Origin: Paramoeba atlantica
Taxonomy: Eukaryota > Protista > Discosea
Direction: 5' to 3'
Length of the DNA stretch: 64,000 nt
Assembly (NCBI GenBank): GCA_977017575.1
Contig: CDRNVI010000030.1
Coordinates: 496,001 to 560,000, forward strand
The notes beneath the pieces are model-generated. The model made no database searches. It was not told the origin of the DNA and saw only the letters and a program-made list of their open reading frames with translations. This document shows positions 55,084 to 64,000 of the stretch, piece after piece. Position 1 is the stretch's first letter, and every line of letters starts with the position of its first letter. Both the position numbers and the translations under genes were made by a program.

Positions 55084-57837
55084 TGCGTGATGCTTGATTC
55101 TGACTCTTCATGAGGCTCTGACTCGTCTGAGTTCCCGTGCAACCTACCGGAGCGTTAGTGGGTTTGAAAAGCTCTTCGATAGATTTCCGCGAGGCCTCAA
55201 AAAAGTAACGTTGCTTCACAACAGTCGAAATAATACCTAAACCTCCCAACTTACATGGCAAAGTGGCAAGTTTTAAGGAGTCACCGTTCGCTCCGCACCA
55301 TTTCATCATGACAGATTGAATTTCTTTGTCGAACTCTTCTGCCAATGAAAGGGTTGCCACTGGTTTGTGCACTCTAAGGTGGTAATCTTGACGCGGCACT
55401 GTGCATCGTTTTAGAATTGCTAATGACAAATTGCTCGGACCCATGATGCGCAACCTTCGAAACAGGCATTCGTGTTTTGACATTTTCTCGAGGAGCTTCT
55501 CTTCTACTATTTTATCTCTGCCGATGTATCCCCCTAGAACTTTGATTGAATCCTCACACTTTTTAACTCCCAGCGTTCGTAGAGGTGAAGCGTCAAATTC
55601 TTGTGTCTTTGAAGACTTAAACCATTCGCACTTGTTGAAATTGATTTCTAGGTTCAAATCCTGAGTTGATTCTCGCAAATGGAGGAATGCTGCTGCTAGG
55701 GATGTCGAATTTGTTGAACTCATTGTCACGTCGTCCTGATATGCTCTTATCTTGACCTCCGGGTAAAGACTGGCGACTTCCTTCAAAGGACCCTGCAGTA
55801 ACGCACAAAAGTAGAGCGAGGATAGGGCGGACCCTTGTCTGACCCCACAAGAACTTTCAATCACGGAGTGTAACGAATTGTTTGCGAAGAAAAGGAGATC
55901 TGAAGGCTTGCCGTATTCTAGGTAAAACATTCTCATGAAAGGTTTGAAGATCGAAGGCTGTTGTAGTAGGGCTTGAGCAATTGCAGTACGATGCGGTGTG
56001 TTGTAGGCATTCTTAAAATCCACTGTGAGAATCGAGTAGCCGGCGTCGTGTTCGTCCAAAAGCTCATGAACTATTGATTCACACGCATTCCGTGCCAGCT
56101 CTTCTCCTTGGAGATTAATATAAAAAGTGGTCTTAATACAAAGATTTTCTGTATTGCGAGAAATCGACAATCGAGCAATTAAAAAAGCTATTCGATTAGT
56201 GCTTGGTTGTAATCTGATAGTGATCTTAGTAATGATAAAATCTTGTAATAATAACATCTTGTAATATGAGATGACCTGTTTTATTGCATTGTCTTTCGCA
56301 GTTGCGAAGCCAGGAGAGCTCCGTTCAATTCTTGAAGAAGCAACTTGAAGTCCTCAAGAATATGACGGCGTTCGAATCCGTTTGCATCCGCGAGGCTATG
56401 GAGGAAATTTATAGTGCTCTTGTTCATGGCACCACCTGTCAAAAGCGGTAGGCATACGAATTGCTCGCGCGGAATTAAATTGGAGTCCACATATGTTGCG
56501 ACTTTCTTTTTTTGAGCCTCTTGTAATAGGTGACTCGCTTTTTTTCCCAAGTGTGATTTCGCAAGTTCGTTGACTACTGTGAGATCGTAATAAACTTCGC
56601 CCGTCGCCCAGAACACAACTAAGTCAGGTCCACTGCGGTGAAACGAATGTGTGCCACATTTCCTCTGATGATGTAGTTTTTGGCCATCAGCCACCGTTTC
56701 TGCACACTTCACACAACGAAATGTCGAGAACTGCCGAGGCTCTCGCTCGCACGGAAGACCAGCTTTCAGGCACAGATCGTATATGTGTCGAACTAAGGCA
56801 TTGTGCCGTGTAGTAGCATTCCGTTGAAGAATACCTCGCTGCACTGGCTGGAAAAATTTCTCCACTGTATTGCTGTGTCGCATTAAAAGAATCGTTCCGC
56901 AGATCTTGAGGATAGTGTCTCCCATTGCCACTGGTCGTATCCCGTTCTGAGGTTTTGCTAACGCGATGATCCTGCAGCGAGTTAGGCGTTGACGAACGTT
57001 TTCTGCGAGATCTCCGTTGATGACGTCGCGGAACATGTGACAGAGTGCGAGACACGATTCCTCATCCTCTACCAGAAGTCTCATCATGTTTTCACTGAAT
57101 CCTGTGGGCCCTGGCGATGATCCTTTTGATAGCCTTGCCGTCGCTTGACGCAACTCCGATTGATCAACTACCCCGATTCGAGGGAAGTCTCCATCGATGT
57201 TTTGTGGTAAGGGACCTTTGGGGTGAAGGACGCTAAGCTTGTTCGACTTCTCATCAGCATTGAGGAATGAATCTTTGTATATATTGTCTAGAATTCTTGT
57301 TGCCTTGCTGAGGTTGTCCGCCTTGGCCGCTTGTAGTGCATTCCTTATCGAGCGACGGTCGATTTCCAATTCCAGACGTTGTGCCTCACTAAGATGTTCT
57401 CCCGCTTCCATGTGTTCAAAGTTTTTGCGCATTTTTGCGGAGCTCTGACGTCTTTGCAACTTGTTCCGTACTGTTGCTAAAGAATCTCTTGGCGCATTGA
57501 GGGGTTTATGCCAAATTCTTGTTTTCTCTGACTCCATCGAGGACTTTGGATATTCTTTAACAATGGCGCGGAAGATGGCGACTACATGTACCGCAAAAGA
57601 GGGATCTATTTGAGCCATCGTTGGTAGAGGTTCTAAGTCACGTTTAAGGTCATTGCCGAGGTCCTCTGGCTCTTCATCGGTATCTTCTTCGAGCGTTACC
57701 GTCCCTAATGCCGGCACTTTGTTGACGCTTATCGTACGGATTGACCAAATTCTTATTTTGTCTGATTGGGGAAGAAAAAGAAAGCCTGAGGGCCCCTCAT
57801 GTCCGACGCAAGGTTTGTAAGCTATTTTGAGTTTCAC
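55084..57837 (-). mobile_element. Group A element (N-terminal region + RT core) split by a group B ZnF-RLE insert (56094-56815)
   Basis: ...LQRNA | insert | RNACESIVHELL; 9-bp TSD GCATTCCGT at 56085-56093 and 56816-56824. Confidence 0.85.
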
Positions 57838-57951
57838 GATGCCTTTCCGGACCGTCCTCTTAATAATAATAATAATAATAATACACCACTGTGTTATAAG
57901 TGGCTAAGAGTCCTTGATTATGTCACTAAATTAATAACCTTTCAATGCTAT

Positions 57952-59238
57952 TCACAAATGTCGCTTGCAACACTTATGACCACACGTTCTTTTATCTTTA
58001 CACGGATGTTTACACGCAATATTCACAGGCGATATGTTTGTTGGATGCTGCCGTTCAGACGAAATTGACGGAGCCATCGATGTTTTGTGCTGCTGTGCCA
58101 GAATGATACTCCATATATTCATATAGGGCTCCGCGACGCTTATAGACTCAGATGTTGCACTTTCCTTTGCAATTTGGTCCACATGTTCATTCCTTGAGTT
58201 ACCACAATGTGCTCTGACTTTGACAACTAGAATTTCATGTTTCTTGTTTATTTCCTGTGCTAGACTGTTTATTTGAATCAACAAATCGGCATTCTCAAGT
58301 CCATCATAATGACCCAGTTGATATGCGCGACGGTAATTGTGCCAGAAATTCCATGTATGCTCGGAGTCTACGTGTACTATGAAAGATACGTTCTTCTCTT
58401 GACCAGTTGATAATGCCAATAAGAAAGCTGAAAGCTCTGCCCGTATTGGTGTTGCGTTAATAGAGTCCAACGTTTTGTCGTTAGTCGCTAGAATCTCGTT
58501 TCCTTCGAAGGCTACAGCACATGCCCCTGCGAATATATTGTTCGAAAGCTTTCTCACTGAACCATCACAATATATATGAAGCAAGTTGTTATGGGGCCAA
58601 AGTGTCTCACCCTCCTCTTGAAACTGCAATGCGTGCCATTTTTCCAGAGAGTTTTGATTCGATTGCAAAATCTTTGCAACTTCTGCTATTCTTTTAACGA
58701 CTTCTCCAACGGAACTATATTTCTCATTGATTCTTCGAAAGCTCCATTGAATCGCACCAGTTGTGCCTTTGCCCCACTCGTTTATTATGTTGTGTACCTG
58801 ATCTGGGGCCTTGGAGAAACCAATGCAATTGATGCCTTCTTTTTCACCATCCAACGACATAGTATCCGAGTCGTGTCCTTCCTCAGAAACTTCACTCGGT
58901 GAATCGCAGCTTTCCGAGGAATCGACTTCACAGCTTTTCTCATGATTCCGAGCCGATCGATGGCTAGATGGGATATGTCGCGATTCGAAATCATGCATTT
59001 CATGATCTGCCCAATTTGATGACAGCGGTCTGCCAGAGCTCTGCATGACAACCCGAATTCTTGGTGTTTTCTTCGGCTTCGCAAAGGATTCCTGTGCACT
59101 CTTGTAGTGAGGCTCCTGTGCTTCTCCGGATTTGTCAATTCGAGTGGAACAGATGTCCATTTGTTTCGCTTCCATGTTCTGTGGCGTCGTCGTTTCAAAG
59201 TCCTCCCTACGTGTTCTGTACGCTTGTCGGGTGAACAT
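57952..59238 (-). CDS. RNase H1-domain protein with MFTR start and C-terminal Cys/His cluster, SL-led
   Basis: YCDGS, AELSA, HVDS, KVRAHCGNSRNEHVD; CKHPCKDKRTCGHKCCK. Confidence 0.85.
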   Translation of the reverse strand: MFTRQAYRTRREDFETTTPQNMEAKQMDICSTRIDKSGEAQEPHYKSAQESFAKPKKTPRIRVVMQSSGRPLSSNWADHEMHDFESRHIPSSHRSARNHEKSCEVDSSESCDSPSEVSEEGHDSDTMSLDGEKEGINCIGFSKAPDQVHNIINEWGKGTTGAIQWSFRRINEKYSSVGEVVKRIAEVAKILQSNQNSLEKWHALQFQEEGETLWPHNNLLHIYCDGSVRKLSNNIFAGACAVAFEGNEILATNDKTLDSINATPIRAELSAFLLALSTGQEKNVSFIVHVDSEHTWNFWHNYRRAYQLGHYDGLENADLLIQINSLAQEINKKHEILVVKVRAHCGNSRNEHVDQIAKESATSESISVAEPYMNIWSIILAQQHKTSMAPSISSERQHPTNISPVNIACKHPCKDKRTCGHKCCKRHL

Positions 59239-59263
59239 TAAAAAGTCGATATAGAAAAGAAAT

Positions 59264-59289
59264 CAACAAGGTACAACAAGGTACAGAAA
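59264..59289 (-). other. SL 3' remnant with internal stutter
   Basis: TTTCTGTACCTTGTTGTACCTTGTTG, 25 nt upstream of ATG 59238. Confidence 0.7.
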
Positions 59290-59294
59290 TAAAT

Positions 59295-60023
59295 GTGTGT
59301 AATAAATTAGAATTTATCGAAGAAGGGGAAACCCCTTTTCCTGTAAAACCAGAGGAAATGCATGCGTACGTGGATGCTTCTATCTCCGATGATACGGACA
59401 CAAGGGTAAAGGTAGCAGTTGGATGTGTAATAGTAAACGCAGAGAAGCATGAAAGTTTTTCGTCCTCCCTATCCTACCTGGAAACCAAATCTCCTGAAAG
59501 AGCCGAAATTCACGCTGCCCTATTTGGTTTGAGTAAACTAAAAGAAGTTGAAAATGTTGTTGTACACACAGATTCGTATTATGTGTGGAATTTTGTAAAT
59601 ATGCGCCGAAGGAAAGATCGACTGGTTGGTTTTGAAGGCTCGAATTCCGATCTGCTTAGTTTTCTGGATAGTTTTATTCGATCAGCGCATTGTCAGGGGA
59701 GAACCATCACCTTTATTAAGGTCCGAGGCCATTCAGGGAATAAATGGAATGAAGAAGCGGATACCTTAAGTAAAAAGCTCGTTAGTTCGGAACCTATTTC
59801 TAAACGAAGAAAAAACCTGAACCGAGGAAATGAATCGGCCCACTCCGAATATGAGTGGATAGCGTGCCTTAAAACAATAGAAAAGAAAACCACGAACCCA
59901 ACCCGTGAGGAGCGTCGGATGCGGCGTAAGAGAAAAGGTAAGTTACTAGACACCGCGTCCTCGCTTGCTAACGCAGAATTTGAACAAAGCGAAAAGAAAC
60001 ATTTCCGAACATCCAACCTGTAA
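59295..60023 (+). CDS. RNase H1-domain protein, 5'-truncated paralog of 47711..48667
   Basis: YVDAS, AEIHA, HTDS, KVRGHSGNKWNEEAD. Confidence 0.88.
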   Translation: MCNKLEFIEEGETPFPVKPEEMHAYVDASISDDTDTRVKVAVGCVIVNAEKHESFSSSLSYLETKSPERAEIHAALFGLSKLKEVENVVVHTDSYYVWNFVNMRRRKDRLVGFEGSNSDLLSFLDSFIRSAHCQGRTITFIKVRGHSGNKWNEEADTLSKKLVSSEPISKRRKNLNRGNESAHSEYEWIACLKTIEKKTTNPTREERRMRRKRKGKLLDTASSLANAEFEQSEKKHFRTSNL

Positions 60024-60386
60024 ACTCAGGGGTGTACTCAAAACGAAAGTAATGGAAAAATATATCTACCAATAGGGCGCACGATGGTGTGGGAATCAAA
60101 TTCTATTAGTTCTAGTTTTAGGAGCATATATTTAGTGAAGCTTGAACAGTTTCTCAATTGAAGGGTAATGCCTTCAGTGTTGTGTGTGTGTTGTGTGTGT
60201 GCTTCCTTTACTTATCTTCTTTTCGTTCAGTTATCTTACAAATACACTTTGATGTGTACCTGATGACTTGCGCGCTCTGTTACTTGGGCGCTACATTCGT
60301 AGTTCTTTCGTCCCATTCCAAAGGGATGACCCCACCCCTATATTGTCCCTTAAATACCCGTCCCGTAATTAACCCGTCACGTAATT

Positions 60387-61342
60387 AACCCGTCACATAA
60401 TAATCGAGTGTAGAGCGGTAGTTTTACAACCACCGCAATATTTCTTTTTTAGTCTCTTCGTTAAACGCGGTGGTTGTTTTCAACTTAGAAGTTACTCATG
60501 CTGCGCGCTTCGCGTTGAAAACTCCCGCCGCGTTTAACGAAGAGCCTAAAAAAGAAAATTTAGCCTGGAAAACGGAAAGATTATAGCCAAAAATAGCCGA
60601 ATTTCGGGTAAAAATTGGGTGATTTTCGCGTATTTTTGCTGTCAGAGCACTAAATCCGACATTTGCGCGTTGGAAATCACTCGTAGGCATGAATGGAAGC
60701 CTACCGAACGTATTGGGTAGAGAATGCGACTCCAACCATACCATTCTTTCGACACTAAAATGGCCCTTTAGGTCCGAAAAATACTTTTTCACCTTTTTTA
60801 GTCAAAAATGGGTCATTTTGAGGGGCGCACCACGGTTCGAAGAATGGATACCTTGCAAAAACAACTGCGGAGAAAGCTAGTGTAGGTCCCAAACTATTAA
60901 AATACAATAGGGGAAATGATTTTGGAAAAATATTTTTTTTGCCATTTTTTTCGCCAAGTTGAAATCTTTTTCAAATTTTCTTTTCCGAAAAAATCCGAAC
61001 TTGGAGGACCCGTCCTGCGGATACGCGGGGGGGTCACCCCCGGGTAGGGGGGTGGAAAATACGCGCCAACACCCCGGCTACCCTTTCTGCGGTTTGTTTT
61101 CGAAAACTAATTTTTTCGAAAAAATTTGCACGACCATGACCCCTCCCTGAACCCCCCCCTGGACCCCCCATTTTTTTCGATTTTTTTTTTTTGTTTTGGT
61201 CCACCGGAGCCCCCTTTTATATTTTTTTCTTCTATTATATTACTGTGTTCCTCTTTATATTTTCACTGTTTTTGTTCACTTTTTTTTCAATAATCGAGTG
61301 TAGAGCGGTAGTTTTACAACCACCGCAACCCGTCACATAATA
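60387..61342. repeat. Non-coding segment bounded by nested direct repeats (X-Y...Y-X)
   Basis: X AACCCGTCACATAATA at 60387 and 61327; Y 40 bp at 60399-60438 and 61289-61328. Confidence 0.75.
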
Positions 61343-62605
61343 GCACCACGCACTGTAACGTATGCGATGCCCGATCGCATATTTATTTTATCGCCTTCCC
61401 GTGCATTTCGCGTACTTTGTGCCATTGGGGGTAACGCATCGTCTGGCCCCTCAAACTGATAATCAATGTTTCTAATGGAAGCTTTGCAAGGATGAAGGCA
61501 ACCTAATCTGTTAAATGCGGCAAAAACAACATACGGACATTTTTTATAAGAACACACTTTTTATAAAGAACACACTTTTTATAAGGAACCCAGATTGAAA
61601 GGGGCGAGGGAGATACGAAGCAACAGGCGTGGCAGATTCCCACTGAAAAGAAATGGTATCTCCCGCACGAAGTTTTTCCCCGAGCTAGAAAGCGCAAAGG
61701 CTTCTCTCGTGCGGGGAGAAAGATATAATTGAATTCATAATCAGAGATCATATGCCTCGTAGGGCCATTTGAGAAAAAGAAGTCTTTTCAAATTCGTATT
61801 TGTTCTCGTCTAAATTTCCTCTCGTAAACTATCATGGTTAAAAAATTCTCGATTCTGATATGGACGAGCATAAAAACTCGCTTTGTCCAACGAATCGTGC
61901 AGATTTGAGACGAGAGATCGCTTCTGGGGTCGAAAAATTAGAAGAGGCGCAATACGATGTATTTTTGAGGACTTTGAAGAGTGTTTCAACCTGTGTGAAA
62001 ATTGTGCTGGAGAAAAAAGGTGGAAATTGTGGATACTAACTTTTTTCTTACCAGAAAAAAAACTTGCAGTTGCCCTTTTTACGGGATTCAGGAGAATGCC
62101 AAAAATCCAAAAAATCCAAATCATTCCGGATTGCTCCGGATGGTCACTGGCAAGCCAGACCCTTCACAGACATATTTGGAAGTTCCGAGGCCGACGTCCT
62201 CTACCAGTTTCCGCTTGCCCAAGGCGGCACCAACGTGCTGTTGCCAACACGCTGCTTCGACGAACTGCACGTCAACACAGCTTACCCAAGAGGTGTAAGC
62301 CGGGTAAGGGAGATGGTTCCCTGTGGGGAGGGTCCGGGACGGTCCTCCGAGTACTGGGCCTAGTCGGTTATCAGCCCAGCCTCTTAGAGTGAGGCCGCCG
62401 GGAATATTGCGATGAACGGGTTTGAACTCGCTGTCTGAGCACCATGTGCTTCAAACTTTGAATTCTTGCCACCCCGCCACCTCCGCCCTCCAGGAGAATG
62501 CATATACCTGGAAACTACGTAAAACGTTATATCACATGACACGTAACTCTGTGAGAGCTCTCGAATGCGCTATTATTTTCCAAAATTGGCCGAGTTGTAA
62601 GAATT

Positions 62606-63290
62606 TTGACCCCCCCCCATAATTTCGCGCACCCCCTGTATTTACGTATCGTGCTGACGATGCTTGCAACCCATGTCGTGCGCGAGCGTTTCTATTCTCC
62701 CCTTTTTTTGAACAGTCGCTCTGGAGTGGATATAGATACTCTTCTTCTAATATGGGGGGACATCGCGAACAACCTCACGACAGGGCAAATCAGTCGTAAC
62801 CGTGGAGTGCGGCAAGGCACTGTCACAAAGTTCCTTCACATGGTAGGTAAAGCAGCGTTCCACCAAGAAAACACGGATTTTAACTTTTCCAAACTGCAAG
62901 TGGATGAAACATTCATAGGAAAACGGAAATACAAACCGTGGAAAAAGGGTATAACCGTGGAAAAAGGGTCCGAAAAATAGGATGGTGGTTCGTCACGGTG
63001 ACAGAAATCGATGATCAGAAAATGGGCCGAACACACTGGAAACTCGTAAAGCGCCGTGATCAAGAAACCCCTCTGAACTTTATAACCCCTCATCTAACAA
63101 GCACTCGGTCCGTCGTGGTTACGGATGAATGGCGAGGGTATTGGAATCTTGGGGATTATTTCCGGCATTTCACTGTAAACCACAGCAAGGAGTTTGTCAC
63201 TATACCACTTGGGCCACCATACCAATCACGCGGAAACTGCGCATCGAACCATTAAACAATGGACGAAACAGCAACACTACAACTATGGGG
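62606..63290 (+). pseudogene. Merlin/IS1595-family DDE transposase with frameshifts
   Basis: QVDETFIGKRKY, VVTDEWRGY, HFTVNHSKEFV, HTNHAE spread over different frames. Confidence 0.82.
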
Positions 63291-63365
63291 CGACACCCAT
63301 GGACCTTCGGTGAAACGTGGCTCTCCAATGCGTCAAATATGGCTACGGAAAAACAGTAGCGAAAG

Positions 63366-63598
63366 CCAGCTCGCCACCCTTCCACAACATGGCCAGCTGG
63401 CCACCCTTCCACAACATGGCCAGCTGGCCACCAAAAAAAAAAAAAAAAAATGGCCAGCTGGCCACCCTTCCACAAATTGGCCACTTCTAAAACATGGTCA
63501 CTTCCACAACATGGCCACTTCCAAAACATGGTCACTTCCACAACATGGCCAGCTGGCCACCCTTCCACAACATGGCCAGCTGGCCACTCTTCCACAAC
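63366..63598 (+). repeat. 27-nt minisatellite CCAGCTGGCCACCCTTCCACAACATGG
   Basis: Multiple copies; interrupted by A18 at 63433-63450. Confidence 0.88.
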
Positions 63599-63649
63599 AC
63601 TCTCCCACCCCCGTGGGACTCACTCAGTGGACTCACCCAACGTGAGTCA

Positions 63650-64000
63650 CTGCCCCACGTGGCAGTACACTTACTCTCTCACGTGCCACTGTATCTACAC
63701 TGCAGTCGCTGCCTCACGTGACACTTCTCTTACTCTCGCACGTGCCAATGCAGCTGCACTGCGATCACTGCCTCACGTGGCAGTACTCTCACTCTCTCAC
63801 GTGCCACTGTAGCTACACTGCAGTCACTGACTCTCTCACATTCCACTGTATCTACACTGCAGTCACTTCCCCACGTGGCAGTACTCTCACTCTCTCAGGC
63901 GCTACTGCAGCTACACTGCAGTCACTGCCTCACGTGGCAGTACTCTCACTCTCTCACGTGCTACTGCAGCTACACTGCAGTCACTGCCTCACGTGGCAGT
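63650..64000 (+). repeat. 59-nt minisatellite containing CACGTG and CTGCAG palindromes, runs off window
   Basis: CACGTGGCAG at 63931 and 63990 gives the 59-nt period. Confidence 0.88.

Noticed and set aside
61333-62392. Short ORFs as the N-terminal part of the Merlin transposase
   Set aside because: Only a weak Cys pattern (CFNLCENC) and no continuous frame to the DDE region

Overview
A eukaryotic transposon-dense window with no recognisable housekeeping, rRNA or tRNA genes. A 38-39 nt sequence, (A)ATCTTTAACGATAAAGATACAGTTTCTGTACCTTGTTG, recurs at least 9 times. Its 3' half resembles the kinetoplastid/diplonemid spliced leader (SL), so the host is probably a euglenozoan, likely a kinetoplastid (inference). 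Most of the window is nested, mostly 5'-truncated non-LTR retrotransposons of RT + zinc finger + restriction-like endonuclease (RLE) type (CRE/SLACS-like). I label them informally as groups A, B and E. Also present: one APE-RT (RTE-like) LINE, a tyrosine-recombinase retrotransposon (TATE/VIPER/Ngaro-like) with split direct repeats, a separate gag-like ORF, four RNase H1 ORFs, a frameshifted Merlin/IS1595-like transposase, a 7.9-kb tandem duplication, a 1.7-kb inverted repeat and several satellites. The most interesting signal is an apparent SL-linked retroposition system. SL exons are fused, with no intron, to the 5' ends of unrelated cargo. That cargo includes a ~0.7-kb SL-to-poly(A) SINE derived from an RLE LINE, and an RNase H unit that inserted on its own with a target-site duplication (TSD). 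New units stack head-to-tail at existing poly(A) tails. All family assignments come from motifs read by eye; no database searches or folding computations were run.
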